Positions 31,987 to 42,462 of a stretch of 64,000 nt of DNA are shown here, piece after piece (the stretch's first letter is position 1; each line of letters opens with the position of its first letter). A program made the translations under genes and the position numbers. The notes under the pieces are model-generated. The model had not been told where the DNA came from. It saw nothing but the letters and a program-made list of their open reading frames with translations, and searched no databases. This DNA comes from an uncultured delta proteobacterium (GTDB lineage Bacteria; Desulfobacterota; Desulfobacteria; Desulfobacterales; Desulfosalsimonadaceae). The stretch lies in the NCBI GenBank assembly GCA_963826785.1, contig CAWGYD010000003.1, forward strand, positions 32,001-96,000, read 5' to 3'.

Positions 31987-33549
31987 ATGCGTGACGACGG
32001 TTTTAGTGGACAAGATATTGAGCAGATTGAAAATACGGGCTTAACTGTTGGACAGGTGGAAAAACAAATCCGTATTTTCCAGAAGGGGACCCCCTACCTG
32101 AAACTCAACCGGCCCTGCACCGTTGGAGACGGGATCAAAAAATTCACCCGGCGGTCTTTTGACGATTCAGTGGACCTGTTTGAACAAAACGCCGGAAGAA
32201 AGGATGTGATTAAATTCGTGCCGGCATCAGGGGCGGCGACCCGCATGTTCAAATCCCTGATGGCTGCCGATTCCCAATACGATACCATCCGGCGGGCCAG
32301 CCATGCGGCCGGGACGGCGGACAATCCGGACCTGGTCTGCTTCATGGACGGGATCAGGCGGTTTGCCTTCTATCCGGACCTGAAGCGGTCGCTTTCCGGA
32401 CAGGAAAAAGATATCGACCATCTGGTGGATATCGGAGAATTCAAGGATATCCTGGGCGCGCTTTTATATCCCCAGGGATTGGATTACGCTTCTTTGCCCA
32501 AAGGATTGATCAAGTTTCATGCCTATGGAAATGAAAGCCGCACCGCTTTTGAGGAACACCTGGTGGAGGCCGCCGCCTATGCCCGGACCGACTCGGGCCG
32601 ATGCCGTCTTCATTTAACCATATCTCCCGAGCACCGGGAAAAATTCGCAGCCCTCTTCGAAGCGGTCAAATCCGGATATGAGGATCGCTTCCGGGCGGTT
32701 TTCACCATCGATTTTTCCGTTCAGCAGGATAATACCCGGACCATCGCGGTGGACACGGACAACCGGCCTTTCCGCAAATCCGACGGCACCCTCCTGTTTC
32801 GTCCCGGCGGCCATGGCGCACTCCTCCGAAACCTCAATGAAATCGACGGAGACATTGTCTTTATCAAGAACATCGACAATGTCGCCCATGACCGGTTCAA
32901 GAAAGAGACGACCGACTGGAAAAAGGCCCTGGGCGGATACCTGCTCTATATGGAGTCGGAAATCGCGTCGTTTATGGAACAACTCCACCGGCGGGAAGTC
33001 AGCGAATCGACACTGTCCGAGGCCACCGCATTTGTGGATGAAGAACTCAAGATAGAGCTGCCGGATGATTTCAGGAATTTCGTGTACGGCAGAAAGCGCG
33101 ATTACCTGATCCAGCTGATCAACCGTCCCCTTCGGGTGTGCGGCATGGTCAGAAACGTGGGGGAACCCGGCGGCGGCCCCTTCTGGGTGGAAGATCAAAA
33201 CGGCCGGCTTTCCCTGCAGATCGTGGAAACCTCTCAGATCGACCCGAACGACTCCGAACAGCAGGAGATTCTCTCCGCCTCCACCCATTTCAACCCGGTG
33301 GACATTGTCTGCGGCGTCCGGGACTGGCAGGGAAACGCCTTTGACCTGAGCCGTTTTGTGGATGAAGACGCGGTGTTCATCGCCGCCAAGTCGGAACAGG
33401 GAAAAGACCTCAAGGCCCTTGAATACCCGGGCCTGTGGAACGGCGCCATGGCCTTCTGGAATACCGTATTCGTCGAAGTCCCGGAAATCACCTTCAACCC
33501 GGTCAAAAAAGTCACCGACCTGCTCAGAGACGCCCATCAGCCTTTGTAG
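31987..33549 (+). CDS. DUF4301 family protein (nucleotidyltransferase-like)
   Basis: 'KFVPASGAATRMFK','FRPGGHGALL','FIKNIDN','GEPGGGPFWV','THFNPVD','PGLWNGAMA'. Confidence 0.88.
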   Translation: MRDDGFSGQDIEQIENTGLTVGQVEKQIRIFQKGTPYLKLNRPCTVGDGIKKFTRRSFDDSVDLFEQNAGRKDVIKFVPASGAATRMFKSLMAADSQYDTIRRASHAAGTADNPDLVCFMDGIRRFAFYPDLKRSLSGQEKDIDHLVDIGEFKDILGALLYPQGLDYASLPKGLIKFHAYGNESRTAFEEHLVEAAAYARTDSGRCRLHLTISPEHREKFAALFEAVKSGYEDRFRAVFTIDFSVQQDNTRTIAVDTDNRPFRKSDGTLLFRPGGHGALLRNLNEIDGDIVFIKNIDNVAHDRFKKETTDWKKALGGYLLYMESEIASFMEQLHRREVSESTLSEATAFVDEELKIELPDDFRNFVYGRKRDYLIQLINRPLRVCGMVRNVGEPGGGPFWVEDQNGRLSLQIVETSQIDPNDSEQQEILSASTHFNPVDIVCGVRDWQGNAFDLSRFVDEDAVFIAAKSEQGKDLKALEYPGLWNGAMAFWNTVFVEVPEITFNPVKKVTDLLRDAHQPL

Positions 33550-33578
33550 ATGGTAAAAATTGGTTCATGAACCGGCGC

Positions 33579-34400
33579 CTACCGGGCAAAGAGGAAAAAC
33601 GTGACCATCGCCAGCATCAGGCAATACGGGGCGAAATAATAGAGCCTGCCGTGCTTGACGATTTTCACCAGCAGGCTCAGGGCCGCATACCCCACCAGCC
33701 CGGAAGTGACCAGCCCGATCAGGGTGACGGAAAGCGGGATGGGACTCGCCGCCGTGTCCGAAAAGAGGCTCAACGCCAGAGCACCCAGGATCGCGGGAAT
33801 GGACAAAAGAAAGGAATACCGGGCGGCCTGCTCCCGTCCCAGCCCCAGGAACAGACCCGCGGCAATGGTAGACCCGGAGCGGGAGATGCCGGGCAGCACC
33901 GCGATTCCCTGCATGGTTCCGATGATAAGCGCCTTGAATGCCGAAAAATGCCCCTTTTCAGGCTCCGCCACGCGCCCCCCGGCCCACCGGGTGGACAGGA
34001 TCAGCAGGGCGGTGATGAACAGGCTTACCGCCACGATCCACAGGGATGAAAACAGGACTTCGGCCAGGTGGTTGAGATAAAAGCCGATAAGGGCCGTGGG
34101 GACCGACCCGACAATGATCAGGCCCGCCAGACGAAGGTCCGGATCACCGGCCGATGCGCTGCGGAAGCCGGCGGGAGTCAGCAGGCGAAGCACCGCATGG
34201 ATCATGCCCGCAATATCACGGTAAAAATAAACGGCCACCGCCAGGAGGGTCCCCACATGGACGCTTACGTCGAACATGATCGGCGGCTCGGCCAGTTTAA
34301 ACAGATGCTGGAAAATCACCAGATGCCCTGAACTGCTGACGGGAAAAAATTCCGTCAACCCCTGCACCGCCCCCAGAATGACCGCCTGATAAGGCTCCAT
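33579..34400 (-). CDS. uppP: undecaprenyl-diphosphate phosphatase
   Basis: 'QGLTEFFPVSSSGHL','PGISRSGSTI'. Confidence 0.96.
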   Translation of the reverse strand: MEPYQAVILGAVQGLTEFFPVSSSGHLVIFQHLFKLAEPPIMFDVSVHVGTLLAVAVYFYRDIAGMIHAVLRLLTPAGFRSASAGDPDLRLAGLIIVGSVPTALIGFYLNHLAEVLFSSLWIVAVSLFITALLILSTRWAGGRVAEPEKGHFSAFKALIIGTMQGIAVLPGISRSGSTIAAGLFLGLGREQAARYSFLLSIPAILGALALSLFSDTAASPIPLSVTLIGLVTSGLVGYAALSLLVKIVKHGRLYYFAPYCLMLAMVTFFLFAR

Positions 34401-34466
34401 ATATTCTCCCGTTATTGCCGCCTTTGATTCACGCGCATATAAATGTTCATAAATTCAGAGATCGTG

Positions 34467-35888
34467 TCACCCCCGGGCATCGTGCCCGGATTTGGCTTCG
34501 TCCTGCGCCAGATGGTCTGCTTCTGCCACCGCGCCGCGGATCACTTCGAGAATAATCAGCGGTTCTTTTTGGAGATTCGTGCATGTAAGCCGCTGGCGGG
34601 GCAAAATGTTCAATGCATCCCCGGCATCCGCGCTCCGGTCCCGGCCATCCTCCCGGAGGACGGCCCTGCCCGAAACCACCATCCAGTGCAAAGCGGGATA
34701 CGGGTGCCCCTTTACAGTCAGGGCGGTTTCCGGATGCAGGGTAATCTTCCGAAGAATTAATTCAGGCCCGGTTTCCAAAGCTTCAATGGTCCCCCAGTCA
34801 TACAGGGTACGGGCGTGGGTCCGGCATTCCGGCCGGCCCTTTTCCTTGAGAAGATCCACCACCTGCTTGACCCCCTGGGATTTGTCCAGAGAACAGATCA
34901 GCACCGCATCCGTGGTTTCGATCACCGCCAGGCGGCTGACCCCCGTCATGGCCACCAGGCGGCTGTCGGCGTACACCAGCGTGTCTGAAACGTCGTTTAT
35001 GACCGCATCCCCGCGGATCACATTTCCGGACGCGTCCTTTTCACCCACCTTCCAGAGGGCTTCCCAGGATCCCACATCATCCCATCCCGCCTCAAACGGG
35101 ACCATCATCCCTTGATCCGTCTTTTCCATGACCGCATAATCGATGGAATCCGACGGGCATGCGTCAAAGGCGTCCTTGTCCAGATAGAAAAACGGAGCGT
35201 GCGCCCGCCCTTTTTCAAACGCATCTCTTGCGGCAGCCATGATATCCGGGACATGGCGGCTCAGTTCATCGATGACCCGGTTTGCGTTAAACAGGAACAT
35301 GCCGCTGTTCCAGCAGTATTCGCCGGAGGCAAGATATTTCACAGCCGTGTTGAGGTCCGGCTTTTCGACAAACTCCGCAATGGAAAAAACGCCTTCACTT
35401 TCTGCCGCTTCCCCTTTGCGGATATATCCATAGCCGGTCTCCGGCCGGTCCGGGATGATGCCGAAGGTGACCAATCCCCCGCTTCGGGCCGATTTTTCGG
35501 CAAGGCGCAGGGCATGATGAAATTTGTCAAGATCGGCGATCAGGTGATCGGCCGGCAGGACCAGGATCAATGCATCCGGGTCGATGGAGGCGGCTTTCAA
35601 CGCGGCCACTGCCACTGCCGGGGCGGTGTTCCGGCCCACCGGCTCCAGAAAAATCGCCGGCGGCGCCACTCCGATTTCCTGGAGCTGCCCGGCGACGATA
35701 AACCCGTGGGACTGATTGCAGATGACGATGGGCGGCCCCGCGCCCTCAAAACCCCTCATCCGCTGGGCGGTATTCTGGAGCATGGTGAGGTTGTCGGTCA
35801 GGGGAAAAAACTGCTTCGGCATCAGCGCCCTGGACATGGGCCACAACCGGGTCCCGGAGCCACCGGCCAGAATGACGGGAATGATCAC
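34467..35888 (-). CDS. manC: mannose-1-phosphate guanylyltransferase with C-terminal cupin
   Basis: '[12 protein letters not shown]','EPVGRNTAPA','FVEKPD','WNSGMF','GWDDVGSW'. Confidence 0.93.
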   Translation of the reverse strand: MIIPVILAGGSGTRLWPMSRALMPKQFFPLTDNLTMLQNTAQRMRGFEGAGPPIVICNQSHGFIVAGQLQEIGVAPPAIFLEPVGRNTAPAVAVAALKAASIDPDALILVLPADHLIADLDKFHHALRLAEKSARSGGLVTFGIIPDRPETGYGYIRKGEAAESEGVFSIAEFVEKPDLNTAVKYLASGEYCWNSGMFLFNANRVIDELSRHVPDIMAAARDAFEKGRAHAPFFYLDKDAFDACPSDSIDYAVMEKTDQGMMVPFEAGWDDVGSWEALWKVGEKDASGNVIRGDAVINDVSDTLVYADSRLVAMTGVSRLAVIETTDAVLICSLDKSQGVKQVVDLLKEKGRPECRTHARTLYDWGTIEALETGPELILRKITLHPETALTVKGHPYPALHWMVVSGRAVLREDGRDRSADAGDALNILPRQRLTCTNLQKEPLIILEVIRGAVAEADHLAQDEAKSGHDARG

Positions 35889-35952
35889 ACATTTCTCCTT
35901 TCGGATTCAATTGATTTCAATGTTGAGTTTCACTGGCGAAAGAAAGGACGGA

Positions 35953-36399
35953 TCAATCCGGATCCAGCAGGGCAAACCCGGTGGCGGCATCATGACGGCG
36001 CATGGCCGCATGGCCGGTCAGCTCCATCATGACCACTTCCAGCACGTGCCAGATTTTCACCCCGGCGCGGACGCACCCGGTGACGGTGCGGTCCTCCCGG
36101 CCGCAGGCCATGTGCATGTGCAGCACCGGTTCGCCCTGCGCGTCCGGGAAAATGGTGCCGGTGCCGGTCACTTCGCAGACATTTTCCAGCATGCGGGTCA
36201 TGGGGACGATCTTTTCCGCCCGGCCGGACTCGGGACCGACCACCAGCCGGCTTCCGGCGTCCGCGCCGCCTAAAGCAATCAATGCCGCGGACTTGATGCC
36301 GTGGTCCCGGGCGAACTGCTCTATGGTTTCATGCAGGATTTCCCCGTCCTCCAGGCGGAGGATAAAGGTCCTTCCCTGCTGTGCCTGGCAGTATTTCAT
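35953..36399 (-). CDS. PPC domain / DUF296 protein
   Basis: 'RLEDGEILHE','GTGTIF','PVLHMH'. Confidence 0.85.
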   Translation of the reverse strand: MKYCQAQQGRTFILRLEDGEILHETIEQFARDHGIKSAALIALGGADAGSRLVVGPESGRAEKIVPMTRMLENVCEVTGTGTIFPDAQGEPVLHMHMACGREDRTVTGCVRAGVKIWHVLEVVMMELTGHAAMRRHDAATGFALLDPD

Positions 36400-36442
36400 G
36401 CGTCTTTTTACCTTTCTCATTCAGCGGATCAAGCGATCCGAC

Positions 36443-38029
36443 TCAGATTTTCCCGTGCTGATACGAGGATATGCCGGAAGGCAGGTTGACGATCGGCCTG
36501 CCCGCAGATGTGATGCATTTTCCCACCTTGAATGCGCCCGGGATCTGTTTTGCGATGTCGGCAAATCGCTCTGCCGGGCAGGTAAACAGCAGTTCATAGT
36601 CCTCTCCGCCGGAAAGCATCATCATTGCCGGATCCAGGTCATATTTGCCGCAAAAGCGGACCAGGTCGGGAGCGTTTTCAAAATAATGCGGTTCAAACTC
36701 GATGGAAACCCCGGAGGCGGCGGCCACATGGGCCGCGTCCCCGGCCAGCCCGTCGGAAAGATCCATGACGCAGTTGACGCCATGCGCCGCAAGAATTTCT
36801 GCGGCATCGAACCGGGCCCGGGGGGACACGAATCTCTTTTTTAATTCCGGAAACGAAAAGTCGAATTTTTCAAGGGCCATCAACCCGGCCCGGGCCAGCC
36901 CCAAAGGCCCCGTCACGTACACGCCGTCGCCTTCTCTTGCGTTGGAGCGCGCCGGGAATATGTGCTCATGCCCCTCCCCGATGGCAAACAAGTCGATGGA
37001 AAACTCTCTTCCCGCGGACAGGTTGCCCCCGCCCAGAAAGGCCGAGTGGCGGCTAAGGGCGGTGGAGATGCCCTGGTAGAGTTCCTCCACCGCACTTTCG
37101 GTCATGTGGGGGGGCAGCGTCAGATTGACAAACAGGCCTGCCGGTTCGGCAAAGCAGGCGGCCAGGTCGCTGAAGGTGATCTCCACCGCCTTGTCCCCGA
37201 TCTCCTGAAACGACTGCCACTTAAGTTTGAAATGGACATTTTCCTTCTGGGCATCCGTGGTGATCACCGGCCGGGAAAAGGAAGACAGCAGGGCGGCGTC
37301 ATCTCCGGGCCGGACCCGGACCCGGTCGGTGGCCTGATATTGTCTTAAAATGCCGGCGATCAGCCCGAATTCGTCGGACCAGGGGAAAACCGCCTGCCGG
37401 GGCGGGCGTCCGCAGGCTTCGGCGAAGGTCTTTGCCGAAGCCGCCGGATCTGCAACCCGGGTGATGCAGCTGATCACCGCCGCACCGGATGCCCCGTGGT
37501 CGAAACAGGCCTTTGCCGATGCCGCATCGATGCCGCCGATGGCCACCACCGGCAGGGACGATTTTTCCACCACCGCCCGCAGCCCGGACAGGCCGATGAC
37601 GGGGTGGGCATCGGCTTTTGTACGGGTGCCGAAAACCGGCCCGGTTCCGATATAATCGCAGGCGGAAAGATCCGTTCTCTCCAGTTCGGCCAGGGTGGAG
37701 ACGGATACGCCGATGATCGCATCCGGCCCCAGGATCTGCCGGGCGACTTCGGCACGCTCATCCGTCTGGCCCAGGTGCACGCCGTCGGCATCGAGGGCTT
37801 TGGCCAGCAGGATGTCGTCGTTGACCACAAACGGAGTCCGGTACAGCCGGCACAGCCGCCGGATGGCGCGGGCTTCGTCAAAATAAGACGATGAAAAGGA
37901 TTTGCGGCGGTATTGAATGATGGAGGCGCCGGCAAGAAGTGCGGTTTGAGCCTGATCACAGGGGGTAAACCCGGAGATAGCGTCATCGGTGATGAAATAG
38001 AAGCGGTACCGGTTGTTCATCTCATTCAT
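36443..38029 (-). CDS. thiE-thiL: fused thiamine-phosphate synthase / thiamine-monophosphate kinase
   Basis: N-half ThiE 'IQYRRK','VNDD','DGVHLGQTD','VAIGGI'; C-half ThiL 'EFGLI','GDDAA','SDLAA','MDLSDGL','GGEDYELLFT'. Confidence 0.9.
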   Translation of the reverse strand: MNEMNNRYRFYFITDDAISGFTPCDQAQTALLAGASIIQYRRKSFSSSYFDEARAIRRLCRLYRTPFVVNDDILLAKALDADGVHLGQTDERAEVARQILGPDAIIGVSVSTLAELERTDLSACDYIGTGPVFGTRTKADAHPVIGLSGLRAVVEKSSLPVVAIGGIDAASAKACFDHGASGAAVISCITRVADPAASAKTFAEACGRPPRQAVFPWSDEFGLIAGILRQYQATDRVRVRPGDDAALLSSFSRPVITTDAQKENVHFKLKWQSFQEIGDKAVEITFSDLAACFAEPAGLFVNLTLPPHMTESAVEELYQGISTALSRHSAFLGGGNLSAGREFSIDLFAIGEGHEHIFPARSNAREGDGVYVTGPLGLARAGLMALEKFDFSFPELKKRFVSPRARFDAAEILAAHGVNCVMDLSDGLAGDAAHVAAASGVSIEFEPHYFENAPDLVRFCGKYDLDPAMMMLSGGEDYELLFTCPAERFADIAKQIPGAFKVGKCITSAGRPIVNLPSGISSYQHGKI

Positions 38030-38582
38030 GAATTTGTTCTTCTCCAAACAGGCGAACCCAGGACATGAACCGATCCGCTTTGTCTTTGCCGTACCTGCCG
38101 ATCTGCGCCTGCACCTCTAAAAGCGGGTATTCTTTTTCATATTCCCCGTTTTTCTTTGAAAAAAATTTGTCCGCATAGCAGACGATCTTTTCTTCCAGGG
38201 TCTGGGGAAGTGCCTCCCTTTCCGGAAGGGGAAGGCGGTCTATGCGGATGTCTTCCACGGTCAGGCCCACGCCCACATGCCGTTCACACACCAGGGCGTG
38301 CCGGGGCATGCCCGCTTTTTCCAGCAGGTCCCGTCCGAGATATCCGTGGCACACATAGGGGTGCGTTCCGAAACACCCGATGGACGGCGCATGGGTCAGG
38401 AAGATCCCGATATCGTGGAGCAGGGCGGCTTCCTCGATGAAGGAGACATCCGGCTTCAGGCGGACCATTCTTTCGGCGACCTGCCGCGCCTTTCTCGCCA
38501 CGGCCCCGGCATGGGCCATGTATATAGAATGGAGAGGCGAACCGGGCGCATAGAATGAATCGATGATCGCCTGAACCGTCAT
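38022..38582 (-). CDS. HDIG-domain metal-dependent phosphohydrolase
   Basis: 'AALLHDIG','CERHVGVG','YADKFF'. Confidence 0.88.
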   Translation of the reverse strand: MTVQAIIDSFYAPGSPLHSIYMAHAGAVARKARQVAERMVRLKPDVSFIEEAALLHDIGIFLTHAPSIGCFGTHPYVCHGYLGRDLLEKAGMPRHALVCERHVGVGLTVEDIRIDRLPLPEREALPQTLEEKIVCYADKFFSKKNGEYEKEYPLLEVQAQIGRYGKDKADRFMSWVRLFGEEQIHE

Positions 38583-38585
38583 CTG

Positions 38586-39687
38586 CTACCCGGCCTGGCG
38601 GGAGAGGAGCACTCCCTCGATGAACGGATCCAGGTCGCCGTCCAGCACGGCGCTTACGTTTCCCACCTCCAGGTTGATGCGGTGGTCCTTGATCAGCTGG
38701 TAGGGGTGCAGCACATAGGAGCGGATCTGGCTGCCCCAGGCGATTTCGTCCTTGCTGTCGTGCATGTCCTGAAGCTTTTGATCCTGTTTCTGCTTTTCCA
38801 TCTGGTACATCCGTGCCCGCAGAACCTTCATGGCCAGTTCCCGGTTGCGGATCTGTGATTTTTCCTGCTGGCACTGGACCACGATGCCGGTGGGCATGTG
38901 GGTGATGCGGACCGCGCTGCTGGTCTTGTTCACGTGCTGTCCGCCCGCCCCGCTGGCGCGGAACGTATCGATGCGCAGGTCCCCCTCATCGATCTCCACG
39001 GTGATTTCATCCTCCAGTTCGGGATAGACGAACACGGAAGCAAAGGAGGTGTGCCGTTTTCCATTGGCATTGAAAGGAGAAATCCGGACCAGGCGATGCA
39101 CCCCGTTTTCCGCCTTGAGGTATCCGTAGGCATAGAGCCCTTCGACGGTGAAGGTGACCCCCTTGATTCCCGCTTCGTCGCCGTCCTGGTAATCGATCAG
39201 CTTCATGGTAAAGCCTTTTTGCTCGATCCACCGGGAATACATGCGAAACAGCATTTCCGCCCAGTCCTGGGCCTCGGTCCCCCCGGCCCCGGCATTGATG
39301 GACATGATGGCGTTGTTTTCATCCTCATCGCCGTTTAGCATCACTTCAAGCGAAAAGGAGTTGATCTGCCGGTCGATGGTGTCCGCCTGCCGGCGGGCAT
39401 CCGCGATGACCGATTCGTCTTCTTCCTCCATGCCGAGATCCAGCAGGATTTCGCATTCTTCCAGCCGGGCGTACAGCTGCTCCCAACTCTCGACTCTTCG
39501 GGTCAGCGCGGAGCGCTCCTTCAAGATGGTCTTTGCCTTTTCCGGCTCCGCCCAGAATTTCTCGTCGCCCAGTATGCTTTCGATTTCCTGTAAACGCTTC
39601 TGCTTGCCCGGCAGGTCAAAGATACTCCTTCAACTGGTCAAGCCGTTCATAATCTTCCTTGATTTTCTGCTTCATCTCAAATGTCAT
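38586..39687 (-). CDS. prfB: peptide chain release factor 2 (programmed +1 frameshift)
   Basis: 'SPF' and 'GGQ' motifs; 23-codon leader from ATG 39687 ends in AGGAG-TAT-CTT-TGA-C. Confidence 0.97.
39615..39629 (-). promoter_or_regulatory. prfB programmed ribosomal frameshift site
   Basis: Minus strand reads AGGAG TAT CTT TGA C: internal SD plus the CTT-TGA-C slippery stop. Confidence 0.95.
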
Positions 39688-39732
39688 TTTTCAAACTCCT
39701 TTTGCCCATATTTCCGACTTTAATATAATCAT

Positions 39733-41292
39733 TTACCCTCGGAATTGCCTCTTTAGCACGGCCAGAACCGCCAATGCAATAAAACAGGCCCAGGCGGCCA
39801 CATCCCCGTAGGCCGTGTAAACGGATATCGTCTCGGTCATCACCGGCACGCGCTGCGCCATTGCCGCCTTTTCAAACAGTACCGAGGATTGGATGATCCG
39901 GCCGCACGGATCGATAAACCCGCTGATGCCGGTATTGGCGGCCCGGACCAGGCTTCGCCGGTTTTCAATCGCCCGAAACGCGGCCATGGCAAAATGCTGG
40001 TACGGCGCGCTGGTGTTTCCGAACCACGCATCATTGGTGATATTGACCAGGAGCCCCGCGTGATTTGCCACCGCTTCCGCCGCCAGCCGGGGGAAGATAA
40101 TTTCATAACAGATGAGGACCCCCATGTCCGCGCGCTCCCACTCGAGGGTGTCCCCCTTGCTGCCCGGCTTGAAATCCCCCACCTGGGCCACGATGGAATT
40201 GATAAAGGGTAGCCATTTCTGAAACGGCACGTATTCCCCGAAGGGAACCAGGTGGACCTTGTCATACCGGTCGATGACCCGCCCCTCTGCACTGATCAGG
40301 TATGCGGAGTTGAAATACCGGATATCCTTTTTGCCCGCGACTTCCACGGAAGGGCTGCCCACAAGCGAGGTGATCCCGATCCGTCGGATACCGCTCAGCA
40401 CCATGTCCGTCATGTACTGATCATAATAAAAATAAAAAGGGGCCGCGGTTTCCGGCCAGACGATCAAATCCGGATGCTGGCGTGAAATCTCTTCCGACAA
40501 TGACAGATAGGTGTCGATGGTCTTTCGTCGAAAGGCCATGTCCCATTTCAGATCCTGACCGATATTCCCCTGAAGGACCGCGGCATTGATATGGTCCGCT
40601 CCGGAGGCCTGCGCATCGATGGCCTTCATGCGGAACTGGCCGTACAGCAGACAGCTTCCCACGAGAAACACCGCCAGGGCCGCAGACACCCCGAACAGCT
40701 TTCCGGTGATCCGCTTTCCCCGCCAGGTCTTCCTGGCGGCAAACAGGTATCCCGCAAAAACCACCGTGTTTGCAAACACCAGGATGCAGGATATCCCGTA
40801 TACCCCCCAGATATCTGCGGTCTGGACCAGTGTCAGCCAGTGGTACTGGGAATAGCCCAGCAACCCCCAGGGGAACCCGGAAAAGAGCCAGGTGCGCAGA
40901 TACTCCATGGCCACCCATGCCGTCGGCGCGGCGATCAGCAGCGTGACCGGGCTGTCGCCCAGGCGGTTGACCAGCACCGCGAAAAAGCCGATATACAGGG
41001 CCAGATAAAACGCCAGGAGAAACAGGATGACAATGCTCAATGCCCAGGGCAGATATCCGTAGAACCGCATGGTGGGTGCCAGCCAGTACAAAAGGGACAG
41101 GAAATGCACCAGCCCCGCGGTCAGCCCCGCATAGAAGCTGCTGCGGCCATTTGCGTCCCGGATGGCCAGCAGCAGAAAGACCAGGGCAAACCAGGTGATC
41201 CACCACAGGCGCACATTGGGAAAGCCGGCGGTCAGCAGGATTCCGGAAAGGCCCGACAGAAAGAATCGGTTCAAGCGGCCGTTTGCATTCAT
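39733..41292 (-). CDS. lnt: apolipoprotein N-acyltransferase
   Basis: 'GFPWG','VWPETA','KVHLVPFGEY','ICYEIIF','NDAWFG','RAANTGIS'. Confidence 0.96.
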   Translation of the reverse strand: MNANGRLNRFFLSGLSGILLTAGFPNVRLWWITWFALVFLLLAIRDANGRSSFYAGLTAGLVHFLSLLYWLAPTMRFYGYLPWALSIVILFLLAFYLALYIGFFAVLVNRLGDSPVTLLIAAPTAWVAMEYLRTWLFSGFPWGLLGYSQYHWLTLVQTADIWGVYGISCILVFANTVVFAGYLFAARKTWRGKRITGKLFGVSAALAVFLVGSCLLYGQFRMKAIDAQASGADHINAAVLQGNIGQDLKWDMAFRRKTIDTYLSLSEEISRQHPDLIVWPETAAPFYFYYDQYMTDMVLSGIRRIGITSLVGSPSVEVAGKKDIRYFNSAYLISAEGRVIDRYDKVHLVPFGEYVPFQKWLPFINSIVAQVGDFKPGSKGDTLEWERADMGVLICYEIIFPRLAAEAVANHAGLLVNITNDAWFGNTSAPYQHFAMAAFRAIENRRSLVRAANTGISGFIDPCGRIIQSSVLFEKAAMAQRVPVMTETISVYTAYGDVAAWACFIALAVLAVLKRQFRG

Positions 41293-41564
41293 GTATTTTG
41301 TCTTATCGAAGATTGGGTGCGCGTAAAATCAGTTAACTTATTGCATCTGCTTGAAAATTGTCAATGGCTTTCTGGGTTGGATAAGGGTTGGATACCGGGC
41401 CTGGTTTTTGCCTTGCCTTTTGCAGAAATATTTTATAAAACTGCAAGCAATTAATAATAATACGATTTAATTGTATTGCAACCCTTTGAACCCAAACCGG
41501 ATTTCCTTGCCGGCGGTATGCAGCACCCGCCCCGGCATTTAGCTCAAACGCGAAATTGCGCCCA

Positions 41565-42452
41565 ATGAAAATTCTGATTATCGGCGGAAACGGCCAGCTG
41601 GGGAAAGACTGCCGCACCGTTCTGGCGCCGCATCATACGGTAGACAGCGTCGACATCGACACGCTGGATATCACGGATGCCCGCATGGTGGAGACCGCCG
41701 TCAACCGGATGCTTCCGGAGGTGATCGTCAACTGCGCCGCCTTTACGCAGGTGGATGCCTGCGAATCCCAACCGGATCTTGCCCGCCGGGTCAATGCGGA
41801 CGGCCCGAAGCACCTGGCCGCCTCCGCACACCGGCATGGCGCGACACTGGTGCACATTTCCACCGATTATGTGTTTGACGGGAAAAAGCCCGTTGACCAG
41901 GCGTATACGGAAGCCGACGACGTTTGCCCCCTCTCCTGCTACGGAAGGACCAAGCTTGCCGGAGAGCGCAATATCGCCGAGAACACCGACAACTATATCA
42001 TTCTTCGCACCGCATGGCTTTACGGCATCCACGGTAAAAATTTTCTGGGGGCCATTTTGAAAAAAGTCCTCCACAGCCCTGAAGAAGCGGTCCGGATCGT
42101 CGATGATCAATACGGATCGCCCACCTGGAGTCTTCGGCTGGCGCATCAAATCCAGACCCTGGTGGAATCCCGGAAGCAGGGCATCTTTCATGCATCGGCC
42201 CAGGGCTTTTGCTCCTGGCATGAACTGGCCCGCTATTTTCTGGATCAGATGTCCGTGCCCCACCGGATCGTTGCCTGCACCACGGCACAATATCCCACCC
42301 CGGCGGCCCGGCCAAAAAACTCCATCCTGGAAAACCGGCGGCTGGAACAGGAACAAATCAATGTGATGGTTCCCTGGCAGAAGGATATCGACGAATATGT
42401 TCGAACCTATAAAGCCCGGCTGATCCGGCAATACGGACCCTCGGAAAGTTAA
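41565..42452 (+). CDS. rfbD: dTDP-4-dehydrorhamnose reductase
   Basis: 'GGNGQLG','[10 protein letters not shown]','YGRTKLAGE'. Confidence 0.96.
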   Translation: MKILIIGGNGQLGKDCRTVLAPHHTVDSVDIDTLDITDARMVETAVNRMLPEVIVNCAAFTQVDACESQPDLARRVNADGPKHLAASAHRHGATLVHISTDYVFDGKKPVDQAYTEADDVCPLSCYGRTKLAGERNIAENTDNYIILRTAWLYGIHGKNFLGAILKKVLHSPEEAVRIVDDQYGSPTWSLRLAHQIQTLVESRKQGIFHASAQGFCSWHELARYFLDQMSVPHRIVACTTAQYPTPAARPKNSILENRRLEQEQINVMVPWQKDIDEYVRTYKARLIRQYGPSES

Positions 42453-42462
42453 AGGATTTTTA

